Shown in pieces: positions 39,801-54,605 of a DNA stretch of 64,000 nucleotides. The DNA comes from the human T2T-CHM13v2.0 reference genome, Homo sapiens. The translations under genes and the position numbers were made by a program. Location: NCBI RefSeq assembly GCF_009914755.1, contig NC_060927.1. The stretch is one strand, 5' to 3'. The notes beneath the pieces are model-generated. The model saw only the letters and a list, made by a program, of their open reading frames with translations. It ran no database searches and had not been told where the DNA came from. Positions within the stretch are counted from its first letter, which is position 1. Every line of letters begins with the position of its first letter.

Positions 39801-41394
39801 TTTCTTGAAAAAATCATTCACTGAACTGCTCAAAACACATGAAGTTGTTTTTGTCTCATCAGATCGAGTACTTAAGACAAAACTACGAAGGACTTCAATA
39901 TATGGTTAACCTCTCATGTGCTCTGTGAATCTAGACACACTCCATCCGAGTTGCTGTATGATTTCCTGACCATAATGACCTGGCCAGGGGAACAGCTATT
40001 CCTTTGACAACACCGTTTTTCTTCTTCTACACAGCCAGAACCCTTACACCTGTTTTCCCACCTGGCAGGCAGCATTCAGAGGCATGAGGTGTATTTTTAT
40101 TGTGTGGCACTCAGCCACACAAGTGGCTGTGCAGTCTTGGGGAGAAGAGGTTACTTAACACAATTTCCTTGACTTTAAAATGGGGAAAGTAAGAATGTAA
40201 GACCTTAAAGAGTTGTGAGGATGGTGTGGAACAACAGCTGGAGGGAGCCAAAGGCAGTGAATTACAGATGTGCAGTGCCATTGAGTTGCAGCTTCCTCTG
40301 CCCTTGACTCAGTGCAAGAGACTCCAGGCCCTGCATCGATGGGACCAGGCAGGCCTGTGAAAGGAGCAGAGCAGCAGGTCCAGAGCCAGCAGAACCTGCG
40401 AGCTAGTGTGCCATTGAGGCCTGGGAATTGCTGCTTTACTCCAGAAGACAGGGAACCTGGTGGTACAGCAGGAAGGCATAGTCTTTGAAAATCAGATGTG
40501 ACTTAAAAATGAATTTAAAAAAAGGGGGCTAATGAAGTCCTGAAGGCCTTTATTTCTGTATTTATTGTGGAGATCTTTTTCTTCTGAAAGCTTTGATTTG
40601 ACCATCTGCCTCATTTCAGGAGTTTGGAGACCTCGGAAATTTGAGAGATCACTCCTGGGTAGCAAGTTGCCCTTTTGCCAGGGCCTCCTTGTCCCTTAGA
40701 AGCATCTAGCCTTGGCTGCTTCAGGGGGCACTTCAGGACATGGATGGGGACTGACCATGTCCTTTGGCAGGTGACGCAGGGAGTCAGCCTGGACGTGAGT
40801 GGGTGTGTGGCTGGCTCCCTGGCAAAGAGCTGCCACAGTTTCCTAAGGGGCCCCATCTTTTCCATCCAGTGGGACAGCCTTTCTATTTCAGATGAAGGAT
40901 AAAATACTTGGTAGAATAACTTTCATTGTTCCCATTCCCAAATCCTTTTCTGTGTGTGGAGAGCATTCTGAGTTTGTCTGTTTGTTTACTGTCCTCCCAT
41001 CAAGACCTACAGCCTATGCCGACATTCTTCTAAGCAGATCACATGTGCTTGGCCCACAAGTGGGCATTCTGAACACTTTTTTGTGTTTTCAGCCATGGTC
41101 CTCTTTTCTCAAGGGATACTGCCAGTCTCCATCCTGATCCAGATTTAGAAACACAACAAAAACAAAAGAGAAGCGGTGATATAAAATGGAAGTAGAACTT
41201 GGCGTTGGCTAGTGGAGACGGCGATAAGGAGTTTTGAAGTGTCTCTCCTTTGAAAGGTCTTTCTTGTTGGATCACTGCTCCCCCAGTATGTCTGATCCTT
41301 GTGCACAGCCCACCTGGGCTGGTGGGGGTCGGTCCTCATCACACTGAGGCTGGGTTTCTTTAACTTCAGAAATGTCCTGAGGAATAAGAAATGA

Positions 41395-41799
<405 letters not shown>

Positions 41800-43811
41800 T
41801 AAGTTTATAGACGACAGCTAATGATAATCAAGTTCCATGTTTGAGTGCCTATTAAATTATCTTGTGTAATGCCCCCGCACATCTGGGAGAAGAGTTTTGT
41901 TTTGGTTTTAGTTTTTTAAATAAATGAAGAAAAGGTGACTCAGACAGGTTAAGTAACTATCCAAAAAAAAAAAAAAAATTCTGTAGTAAGAAGGTGGTCA
42001 ATCCAGGATTTTAAAAAAGTATTACATTTTGGATTAGGTTATATATGTACATGATAGAAAACTTAAATAATGTTAAAGGATATGCAGAGAAAAGTATGCC
42101 TTCCTTCTGTCTCTGTGTTTCAGTCTCCTTACACTCCCCGCACTGCCAACACACATCATCAGTTTTCATTTGTGAGCGTGTTTTGGAGATGGGTCCATAT
42201 TACTTTATAATAGTTTCCCCTCATTCTTTGTATTGACAACATACTGTTCCACTCTCAGGATGACTTGTGCTATCTCGAACAGTAGTGTCTGGAAGGCCTT
42301 GGTTATTCTGTCTTTTATGGTTGTGTGTACATGTCACAGGGTCAGTTCCTAGAGACAGTGCCTGCTGGAACCTGGGTGTCCTCACACCCAGACCTGTGCA
42401 GTAGGGGTTAGGGTTGCTGCTCTTGCCTAGAAGGAGCCAGAGGGCTCCCACCAGCCCTGCTGCTAGCAGAGACCTGGCGACCACTGTGGCTTTGGCACTT
42501 GGCCTGCTTCCCACCAGCCACAGAGATCGGGGGGGGGGCGGTGGTTGGTCTAGTAGTGGGGGTGGGCGGGTTGCCAGAGAGAAGGAGCAGGAAGAGGCCT
42601 TTCTTTTCAATTTACCCTCTTTTTGTATGCCATAATCTTGTTTTTCTTTGGAATCCCGCTGATCCAGGCCTGAATTCTAGTTTTACCATTTTACTAGCTG
42701 AATGATCTTTGTCAACTTATTTAACCTTTCTGAACTTAAGGCTTACCATGAGTATTAAGGCTTACCATGAGTAAAAATGGTGCTCAGAATACCTACCTGT
42801 TAGAGTTGCTTCGAGAACATAGAATAAATATTACTGCTAGTACTTTATTGAGCTTTGACTATGTCAGGTACTTCCTAAACCCTTTAACCTGTGTTAATCT
42901 GATTTAATCCTGATAAACCTCTAATGAGTTAGACACTGTTCCTATCCTCTTATATGTGACTTGAAATCTAAAAATGTTAGTAAACATTTGACCCCAACCT
43001 GTTGGGCTCCCAAGCCCATGATCTTGACCACTAGGCTATGCTGCCTCCCATAAATGCAGCCAGAGTTGATTGTGTATACTCTATGTCTGTCTAATCATTG
43101 AATTCTACTTCTGGTGACACTTAAGCTCTTTTCCTGCACTTTAATGTTAGAGATCATCATTCTTCCTAAGGAAGGCTTTTGGAGCGTTGCTTCTTACGGT
43201 GCTTATTGGAAATGTGACCTGGAACAAGATGCATCATTTCTTTGCACCTCAGTTTCCATCTTTGTAAAACATTGATAGCAATACTTACCTTCTCATGGTA
43301 TTGTGAGAACCGATGCGTGCAGGGCACCCTACATACTAACTGCCTGGTGGATAGCGGGTCCTCAGTTGATGTGTTGTTGTCTTTTTCTTCCTCATTTGGG
43401 TCATTCATAGACTACTGGAGAGATATTCGAGAATTCTTCAAGTGTTTGTAGAATGGCTTGACATAAGTTGCTTTCCATTCCTTATCTGTGTAAGGAGTGA
43501 TGTTCTGGAGTATTAAATTGGGTGAGTGTGGGCACAGTTTGTGTTCTGAGGTTTAGTGTGACTGTGAAAACATGCTTTTTGCATTGCCTGAGAGGATACA
43601 ATAGACCACCAGCAGGAACAGCAGTGCAGACCACTGAGCAGCTTTTTGTAGCCCTGGACCCAGTGTTCAGTGTTCCAGAGAGATGGTAAGAATAAAGGGA
43701 GAGGCATCGAAGCCAAACAATTCCTAGATTTGATTGATCTGGCCTTCCAGATACCCTCAAATTCCACCAACAACTACTTTTAGTGTTTTTTCCTATTTTC
43801 TTCCAAGTTAA

Positions 43812-44190
43812 AAAAAATTGTGATAACATATTCATAATATAAGATTTACCTTTTTGACTATATTTAAGTATACAGTTCAGTGGCATTAAGTACATGCATA
43901 TTGTAGTGCAACCATCACTGCTATCCATCTCCAGAACCTTTTCATCTTCTCAAACTGCAACTCTGTATCCATTACACACTTACTCCTTATTTCCCCCTCC
44001 CACCAGCTCCTGGCCACCGCCATTCTATTCTCTCTGTGACTTGGACTACTAAGTGGAATCATACAGTATTTGCCCTTCTGTGACTGGTTTATTTCACTCG
44101 GCATAATGTTCTCAGAGTTCATACATGTTGTAGCATGTGTCAGAATTTCCTTTTTTAAGGCTGAATAATATTCCTTTGTATATATATTTT
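43812..44190 (-). mobile_element. L1MB-type 3' end
   Basis: agtatacagttcagtggcattaagtaca...aagtggaatcatacagtatttg...gcatgtgtcagaatttcctt. Confidence 0.75.
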
Positions 44191-44534
44191 CCCATGTTTT
44201 AAAAGTATAGGGTAAGTATGTAAGTATCTATCAGTATATTTATTTATAGCCATCTCTGTAGTTCTGTATTTTGCTTTGGCTTAACGTGTATTTTTCAAGT
44301 TATTACTTAAATTTTGTGAGTATTATTAGTGATACCATACTGTTCTGATTCTGTTTAAAATGAAGGACATTTTTTTTCCTTATCTCTTATAGAATGAACT
44401 AGCTGTATTACACTGTTTGCATATTTCTAGAATTGACATTTCCAAGGGACAGTTTAGAAATTCTCAATTGTATCACAAACCCTGCAGTGATTGTATTTTG
44501 CACCTTACCCAGACATGGTAAGAAATACAGGTCT

Positions 44535-44698
44535 GGCATGGCATGATGGCTCATGGCTGTAATCCCAGCATTTTGGGAGGCTGAAGCTAGAGATTGTTTG
44601 AGCCCAGGAGTTTGAGGCTACAGTGTGCTATGATTGTGTCACTGCACTCCAGCTTGGGTAACGGAGCGAGATCCTGAAAGAAGGAAAAAAACAAATAC
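44535..44698 (+). mobile_element. Alu monomer (FRAM/AluJ-like)
   Basis: ggctcatggctgtaatcccagc...gagcccaggagtttgaggctacagtg...cactccagc. Confidence 0.78.
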
Positions 44699-45149
44699 AA
44701 GTCTGCCATACCTTATCCATAAATTTGAAAATTCAAATAGCTCTGTAAACTGAAAGCAGTTTTTTGGAGTGGATGCAAAACCCCATCTGAACTGACTGAA
44801 TCTTTTATTTTTCCCATTTAGTGTGAATATTTAATGTTTGATTATAGGGAATGGCCCCATCGCTGCTGGGGTATTATATAATGTATGATATATTTATGTA
44901 TGTACAGAATTATCTTTTGGGGGGATAATTATTTTAATTTATTCATCATTTTATAACTTAATATTATGAAGCACTTCATATATACCTTCTCTTTACTAAG
45001 CAATAAAACAGACTTTTTCTGTGACATTAATTTATAATAGAATATTCTTTTGTGTGCAACCATATCATATTTTTTTAGAAACTTTTTTTTTTTCTTTTTT
45101 GAGACAGAGTTTCACTCTTATCACCCAGGCTGGAGTGCAATGACGTGAA

Positions 45150-46430
45150 TTAAATGGAATTATATATACTTTATGACCTTTCGTGTCTGGCTTCTTTCAC
45201 TTAGTGTAATATTTTCTTTTTTTGAAATAAGGTCTTGCTCTGTTGCTCAGGCTGGAGTGCAGTGGTATGATCATAGCTCACTGCAGCCTTGAACTCCTGG
45301 GCTCAAGCAATCCTCCTGCTTCAGCATCCCAAAGTGCTACGATTACAGGTGTTAGCTACCACGCCTGGCCAGTGTAATATTTCTAGATTCACCCATATTG
45401 TAGCCTGAGTCTCTACTTCATTCCTTTTTAAGACTGAATAATATTCCATGCCTGGATATACCACATTTAAAGAATCCATTCATTAGTTGATAGGCATTTG
45501 GATTGTTTTCACTTTTTGATTATTATGAATAATGCTACCATGAGGAGTCATGTACATGTTTTTGTGTAAACATACATTTCTGTTCTCCTGGGTATAAATA
45601 TACCCAGGAATTGCTGGATCATATGGTAACTCTATGTTACCTTTATGAGGAACTGCCAAACTTTTTCACAGCTGGTACACCATTTTTCACTCTCACAGCA
45701 ATGTATGAAGGTTCTGGTTTCTCCACATCCTCACCAACACTTGTTATTGTCTGTCTGTCTGATCATATCCATCCTAGTGGGTGTGAAGTGCTATCTCATT
45801 GTGATTTTGATTTGCATTTCCCTGATGGTGAGTGATATTTAGCATCTTTTCATGTGGTTGTTAATATATCTTCTTTGGAGAAATGCCTATTCAGCTCTTT
45901 GTTCGTTTAAAAATTGAGTTGGCTTTTTATTGTTGACTCATAAGAGTTTTTAATATATTCTAGATAGTTCCTTATCAGATATATGATTTGCAAATATTTT
46001 CTCCCATTCTGTGGGTTGTCTTTTCACTTTCTTGATAGTGTCCTTTGAAGCACAGAAGCTTTTAATTTTTGAAACATTCAAGTTTATTTATTTACTTTTG
46101 TTGCTTGTGCTTTTGGTGTCATATCTAAGAAATAAGTGCTTAATCCAAGGTTACATAGATGCATACCTATGTTTTCTTCTCAGTTTTATAGTTTTAGCTC
46201 TTCCATTTAAGTCTTTCATCTATTTGGAGTTGATTTTTGTATATGGCATGAGGTAGAGGTCCAACTTAATTCTTTAGCTTGTGGATATCTGGTTGTCCCA
46301 GTTTTTGTTAAAAAAACTATTCCCTCTATTGATTTGTGTTGGCACTCTTAACAAAAATCAGTTGACTGTAAATGTGAAAGTCTCTTTCTAGATTCTCAAT
46401 ATTTCATTGATTTATATGTCTAGCCTTATT
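45150..46430 (-). mobile_element. L1M (L1MB-like) 3' region interrupted by an Alu monomer (about 45216-45370)
   Basis: aggaactgccaaac...tctccacatcctcaccaacacttg...gatttgcatttccctgatg...tttctcccattctgtgggttgtc; monomer TSD agtgtaatattt. Confidence 0.8.
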
Positions 46431-49178
46431 CTGAACTATTTTTTTTTTTAAGTTCTAAATTCTGAAACATTTTCCCCCAGCGGCTTAGGGATTAGGTAAT
46501 AATAGTAGATTGCTACTGAGCCATGGGGAGGGCTGTTTCTCCAACTCCTCAGATATCCCTGTGCTTACCTTCCCAGCCTGTCTTCCTGTGTGAGCTCCAT
46601 GGCACACCCTAGGGACAGTGTCTGAGGACAGTGCTGAGGCTCATGGCCACAGGAGTGGTAGAAGCAGGTTTTCAGACTGATAATGCCATTACATTTCAAA
46701 CTTTGAACATTTCAAACCTTGAACATGAATATGAGATGTTGGAGATCCCAACTGGGAAGGTGTAGCTACCCAGCAAGTCTCCCATCTCTGAATACTCTGC
46801 TATACAGGAGTGGGTACCCAGGGACCACATTTGAACCCGGGCACCCTGACTGCCTCCAGCCCCATTGATATTTAATTGGTTCAGGGATAGATACCTGAGC
46901 CAAGATGTACTAAACAAGTTCTTCTGTGGGAATTTGAAACTAGGGAAAGAGAGGCAGGGACACTAGGAGTTCTGGAAATCAGCATGTTGATAGAAATAGT
47001 GTGCTAGACCAGAGAGAAGGCTGGGAGCTGTTCTGCTTCTGGGCTTTCCCAGAGCTTCTGTGAGGTACCTGGAATCCTTCTTGTAAACCCTCCTTTTTGT
47101 TTACAATTCTTCAGCCAGTTGGTTACTTGTAAGAAAAAAAAATTCTTCATCAATGAATGTGTTCACTTGGTGAAGAGTGGATGTCATTTTTGTTATTTTT
47201 TTCTTTTGCAAATGTACATTTAGCACCTGCTGAGAGCAGGACATTCTGAATGTTAGGCACTGAGAACATCTGGCAGATAAAAGGTGGCCCTGCCCCTTGG
47301 GACTCACTGTTCAATGAGTTGGAGGGTAGGGGATAGACCATAAAGCAGATGTACTGAATATGAGATAGGTGCATCAAAGACCATACAATACACCAGAGGG
47401 TTTCAGAGGTGCGAGTCAGGGAAGACTTCACAGAAAAAGTGACATTTGTGTGGAGTCCTCATGGATGATTAAAGTCTGCCTGGTAGCAATGAGAGATTCA
47501 GTTTCAGAAAATGGGCATTGACTGCAGGGAGCCTAGAAGTATGAAGGATTTGGAGGGTTTGGACAATCCAGAGAAGGCTTGTGTGATTGGTCACAAGTGT
47601 AAGCAGCCAATGGTGAGCTGGTGAAGCAGGTTGGAAGCAGATTATGAAGGGCTTTGTATCTTGGACCAAAACATTTACACTTTGTTCTGGGGGCAGCAGA
47701 CAGGTCTGTGGTTTACAGAGTTTACCCTGGCATTGATGGGTTGGAGGGGAGAGAGGCCAGGAGACCATTTTGGAGGGCAGTGCCAGTGGTTAGGGTGATG
47801 AGGGAGGGATGGAAAGGAAGGAAGGCCGAAACCCAAGTTAGGAAATAGACTCTCCAGACTGGGAGACTAGCTCTAGGTAGAGGGTACAGTGCAGTTTCAA
47901 GGAGACAGGGAACGAAAGAGGTACTTGGAACAGAATGGGTATGAGGTATGGGTGTGGGATGAGGATGCTGCTGCGATCATGATGAGGGCTGGCAGGCAGG
48001 CAGGCTGAGGGGGTGGCAGGCATGCAGCAGCCCCAGGGCTTCTTTTTTGTGGGGTAGATGAAAGGGGGTCCATTTGCCTTTGTTTTATGCCAATCAGGTG
48101 CAGCTTTTGGATTCCTGGCTAGCTGCCATGTTGCCCTCAGGCAAAAGTTTGGCGGCCTTGGTATTGTTGACCCTTTGTACTAGATGGTGAAAGTATCTGC
48201 CTTGCAGACCAGGCCCTGGAATCAGGTATTTGGAATGCATAGCTAATGTGTTCCACTCCAGTCCGTTGGTATTATTGTTCCACAGTATCGCATCTAATTG
48301 ACTATTTCTAAATGTTCTTGTATATTTTGACTGTACAAGCAAAGTAGGTTTCCAGCAGCCCCTCTTTGCCGGGGCTGCCTCATCTGCAAAGTTTGCTGGC
48401 ACCACCCTCCTTTCCCAGGGTTCCTGGTTCCTTTCTGCCTGGGAGCCCTGTGCCTGAGGGGGCATGGTGATCTTACTGGATTCCCCTCCCAGCCTTGCCC
48501 ACCTGTTGTCCTCCAGCCCCGCTCACCTGGGAGTTTGATAGAGGGGCTATTGTGTGCAAAGGATGGTTCAGCATGGACTGCCTTTCCTCCCTTGTGAGTC
48601 TGTAGGGGAGTTGGACAGGTAGGGGTAGACCCCCAGGCACTGATGGAGCCCAGCCTCGGTGCCCAGTACCTTTACATGGGGGGGGCTCCCAAAGTTGGAT
48701 ACTTCCAGCACAGCAAGACAGGCACTGCTGTTAGGGGCTGCCCAGATCAAGTGACACTGAATCATCTGCTGAGCAAGTCCTTCCTTTCTCAGTCCGTGGG
48801 CAGCCCCTCTGGCCATGTGGAGGAGGAGGCCTGTGAGCACTGGTTCTCTGGACATTGCTCATCTCCCTCCTTGACAAGCGCCTCGCAGAAGACAAAACTC
48901 CATTCACACAATGCATAATGACAGCTTAGGTCAATGATGGAAGGTATATATGATGGTGGTCCCATAAGATTATAGTGGGGCCAAAAAATTCCTATAGCCT
49001 AGTGCTGTCATAGCTGTGGTAACATCATAGAGCAGGTTACTCAGGTGTTTGTGGTGATGCTGGTGTAACCAAACCTACTGTGCTCAGTCTTATAGCACAT
49101 ATAGTTACTTATAGTACCTATTATGATAATACATGACTGGTTTATGTCTTTACTATACTAGACTTGTTATTATTTTAG

Positions 49179-49804
<626 letters not shown>

Positions 49805-50944
49805 GCTCCTTCTACTTCTAACAACAAAAATTAACTGTAAAACAGCCTCAGGCAGGTCCTTCAGGATGTATCCAGGAGAAGGCATTGTCATCACAGGAGG
49901 TGACAGCTCCATGCATGTTACTGCCTCTGAAGACCTTCCAGTGGAACAAGATGTATGAGGTGGAAGACAGTGATGTTGATGATCCTGACCCTGTGTAGGC
50001 CTAGGCTAATGTGCATGTTTGTGTTTTAGTTTTTAACAAAAAAGTTTAAAAAGTAAAAGAAAAAAGTTTTTAATGGAAAAAGGCTTATAGAATAAGGATA
50101 TAAAGAAAGAAAATATTTTTATACAGCTGTACAGTGTGTTTGTGTTTTAAGCTAAGTGTTATTACAAGAGTCAAAAAGTTAAAAAATTTTAAAGTTTATA
50201 AAGTAAAAAAGTTATAGTGAACTAAGATTAATTTATTATTAAAGAAAAATGTTTTTATTATAAATTTAGTGTTGTCTAAGTGTCCATTGTTTGTAGAGCC
50301 TACAGGAGTGCAGAGTCATGCCCTAGGCCTTCACATTCACTCAACCACTCACTCACTGACTCACCCAGAACACCTTCCAGTCCTGTAAGCTCCATTTATG
50401 CTAAGTACTCTATACAGGGGTACCCTTTTTAATCTTTTATGTTGTATTTTTACTGTCCCTTTTTTATGTTTAGATACAGTTCAAGTACACAGATACCACT
50501 GGGTTACAATTGCCTGCAGTATTTAGTACAGTCACCTGCTTCAGCTCACTGTGCCTTGCCTGGGGGTATTTTTTTTATTATGGTAAAAAATATATAACAT
50601 TTACCATTCCCATTTTTAAATGTACAGGTTTGTAGCCTAGGAGCAATAGGCTATTTCACACAACCTAGGTGTGTGGTAGGCTCTGCCATCTAGGTTTGTG
50701 TAAGTGCTCTCTATGATGTTTGCACAAAGATGAAATTGCCTAATGACACATTTCTCAGAATGTATCTTCATCATTAAGCAATGCATGGTTGTATACCAAC
50801 ATAGCTTGATATGTATATTTTTAATGGTTGCCTTCTAATATTGCCATGTCGTGGTTTCATCTATGGCTGCCATATAAAGTTTCCTTTTTTGGGGGGCTAT
50901 TTTTTATTTTTAAATTTATTTGTTTACAAAATTAAAAAAATTAT

Positions 50945-51086
50945 TTTATTTTATAGATGGGTCACATTCTCTTGCCCAGGCTGGAGTGTGGTGGCATGAT
51001 CATTTAGCTCACTGCAACATGGGCTCAAGCAATCCTCCCACCTTAGCCTCTTGAGTAGCTTAGACTTCAGCTCACTGTGCCTGGCC
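50945..51086 (-). mobile_element. Internally deleted AluJ-like fragment
   Basis: gcccaggctggagtg...ctcaagcaatcctcccacc...gagtagct joined to cactgtgcctggcc. Confidence 0.7.
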
Positions 51087-51094
51087 TGGGGGTA

Positions 51095-51650
51095 TTTTTT
51101 TTATTATGGTAAAAAATATATAACATTTACCATTCCCATTTTTAAATGTACAATTCAGTGGCATTAAGTAGATTCACATTGTTGTGCAACTGTCACCACT
51201 ATTATTTCTAACTTTCCATCACCCCAAACTGAAACTCTGTACCCATTAAACACTACCTCCCCATTCTCCCTACTCCCAGCCCCTGGCATCCACCATTCTA
51301 CTTTTTGTTTATAAATTTGACTACTCTAGGGAACTCATATAAGCAGAATCATACAGGCTTGGTGGCTGGTTTATTTCATTTAGCATAATGTCCTCAAGGT
51401 TCATCCACGTTGTATCATGGATCAGAATTTCTTTCCCTTTTAAGGGAAAGATAATATTCCAGCATATCGATAGACCACATTTTGTTTTTCCCTCCATCTA
51501 TTAATGGGCACTTGGGTTGTTTCCACCTTTTGCCTGTTGTGAATAGTGCTTCTTGAATATTGGTGTCTAGGTATCTGTTTGATTCTTGTTTTCAAGTCCT
51601 TCGAGAATTCCTATACCTAGGAGAGGAATTACTGGATAAAGTGGTATCAA
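51095..51650 (-). mobile_element. L1MB-type 3' end
   Basis: tgtacaattcagtggcattaagt...gaaactctgtacccattaaaca...gggcacttgggttgtttccacc. Confidence 0.8.
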
Positions 51651-54224
51651 TGTTCCTTTAAGGGAAAAAAGTGGGTTTTATAAAACAGGGCAGGGCAAAA
51701 TTAGTTATTTAAAGAAAAATATTAAGTAATATTGTGTGTGGCATTGTGATGGAGTAGAAATGATGGAGCTGACCCTGGAGTGGTGGCTGGTGCAGTGTGC
51801 AAATGTCTTACCAGCCTGGCAGAATTCTGTGTGGCCTTGGCTGTGACTTCACTCCGGGTCTCAACCTATCCATCTGTAAAACAGGGCTGATGCCTCGTTT
51901 CTCTCCAGGCTGCCATGTGAACCTGACACGGTTGGGTGTGAGAAGCCTGCTGGTTCTCAGGTGTGCCCCTTTCCCGATTTTTCTCTGCGTGCTTAGAGAC
52001 CATGGTGGCTGCAGCAGGCCCTGGACCCGCTCTTCTCCTGCAGATTCATTCAAGGCTGTGCCTGTGGGGTTCCGAGCTGGGCTCTTGAGCTTCAGCTGGC
52101 TGTTTCCTAATCACTTTCTTTCCTGTCACCCTGGCTGCCTGCTACTGTGACACCTAGAACATTACCCCAGAAGATCAGGACTCTTCCTGGACTTCACAAA
52201 CGTATTTTTATAGTGCTTACACTCTTCTGCCAATTTTATCTGTAGCTTGTCTTTTTCTTCCCCTCTCCTATTTAACTTCTTTGTCTTTTGACCCCTTTCA
52301 TTCAGTTAATTGATTGATTAACTCTTTCCACAGTATTTGTTGGACACCTGTGATACTGGAAGGAGGAGCATATATTTGTTGGGGGAGGAGGTACAGAAAA
52401 GATACAGAAGACACCTCCCACCCCCAATACTTTTAGTCTACTTGGGTAGAAAAGGAAGACATTCTTGAAATTGGTGGGTAGTAGTAATAATGTGTAAAGC
52501 ATCCTAACAGGTATTTTTCTTTCTGGAGACTATCCAAGCTTCAGGGCAGGGGGGCATCTGCTTGCTTTAAACAGGGACTGTACAGCACTGGTAGAAAAGA
52601 GCCTGGGTTTTAGAGCCTAGGTTCAAATGTTGGCACTGTCCCTTACCAGCTACATGATCTTACGTGACAACATGGGAATTCCATCATGTCCCTTCAGGGT
52701 TAAATGGGACGGCTTGCATGAATCCTCTGCAGGGTGGCCACACTCAGGGACCTTGCTGTTAGTGACTGTGTCCTCCTCCCAAGGAGTGGGACTCCCCAGA
52801 CTTCACTTATGCTGTCCTTATGTATCACTGAAGTTCCCCTCTCAGGACTTGGGGGAATCAGGGGATGCTCTAAACCAGTGGGCTCAGACACAGGTCCTAT
52901 TGTATAGCCACATACCCCAGAAAGAAAGTGCCCTCCAGACCAGCCTCCAAGGGAGGCAGAGGAGGCAAGGGCTCACCATTGTTTTCCAGCAGGGTGCATC
53001 TGAGAGGGTGTTGCTCTCTGCAGAGCAGGCTCCTGTGGCTGTGACAGAGCTAACCTACTGGCACTTCGGGGGAGGGGCTGCCCTCTGCCTGTAGCCTGAC
53101 TATTGGCAAGGGCCCATTTTTCTGCATTCATTCATTTATCCAGTTACGTAATTTTTTCCCTTCAGATGATCATTTGCCTGGTCATTTGGGTGGTAATAAT
53201 GATTCTAAAATATTATTTAAAAATGAATTGACTTATTTGCTTTGTAGCAGCCACCATACCTATGTGTTTTACAAATGTCACCTTCTGTGATCCTTACCAT
53301 GACCCTGTAAGGACCACATCATCAGTTCCCATTACTGAGCCTCAGCAATGGCAAGTGACTTGCCTAGGATCACACACTAATCCGCAGGCCAGGATTTGGA
53401 CATAACTTGTACAACTCCAAAGCCATTTCTCCTAGTTGCTCGGCTGTCCCTCTCTTTGCCTTCCTCCCTCCAGAGGAGGAGGGACTCTGATATCAGCAGA
53501 TGTGTTTTTCCTCTGGCATGGGAGGACAGAAGGGAAGAGAAACAGTATAGTTATCTAAGTGAGAATGAGCCATGAAGGCTGAGTAGCGGTTTTCTGTGCA
53601 AGTAAAATCTTATCTTGGGGGATAGAGGGAAGACCATCTTCCCCCTATCCCCCAACTTGAATGAAGAAGAAAAAACCCAACCAAAAATGACATAAAGCTA
53701 AGCTGCCACAAAGGCTGCACTTACCCAATATTCCTGGTGTGGAGGTAAGTTTTGCACCCCAATTTCTCCTCTCTTCCGTCTTGGGACGTGAAATCTTTTC
53801 AGCTCATAAAAAAGACAGGGTGCCCACATGGTGTTTTTAATGGAGAAAATAAGGCTGGGAGGTGTCTGAGCCTCTTGGGACTTCCGGAGAGCTTGGACAC
53901 CACAGCCTTCCCAGCTGGAGGGTGCTGAGCTCCCACCTGGATTGAGGATCTGTGCTGTCCTGAGGCCATTGTTCTTTTTCCCAGCACAGGATGGAAAAGG
54001 CTCCTCTGGGAGGCATCTGCAGGTCAGATGCTTTTGGGGTGGCAGGGTGCAGCAGTGGCTGGGTGGGACTGGGATGGTTGTTTTAACAATAAGTTATTAG
54101 AGAACTTCAGCTTGGCCCTGCCTTTCAGGGAACTAATTCTGGGAAATCTATCTGGATCCTGAAATAAGTTCTGCTTTGTGATTTCATAATTCCTCTTTCA
54201 GGGAATAATCTGAAATGAGCCAGA

Positions 54225-54605
54225 GCTTTATGCACAAAAATGTTCTTCACAGCATTATTTATAAGAGCAAAAAATTGGGAGCCACCCAAATGAAGCAAAA
54301 TAAGGTACTTTGTGCACCCTTCTTTAAAATGATATTTATGAAGAAAATTTAAAAATGTGAAAAGTCATCCTACATATGTTAAGTGAAAAAAAGCAGGGCA
54401 AGGAATTCTTTTTGAGTTCAGTAATATACAAAATACATATGTGCAAGAAAAAGACTAGAAAGAAAGACATTAAATGTTAACAGTAGCTAACATTAGGGGC
54501 TAAGATCTAGGTGGCTTTTAATTTCCTTTTATAAAGAATTTTTTTTCCCCAAGGCTTTTTCTTTCCCAATGTTATTTTCTAAAATTTCTACAATGAACAT
54601 TATTA
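54225..54605 (+). mobile_element. L1ME-type 3' end relic
   Basis: aaatgttcttcacagcattatttataagagcaaaaaattgg...gttaagtgaaaaaaagcagg...tttctacaatgaacat. Confidence 0.65.
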
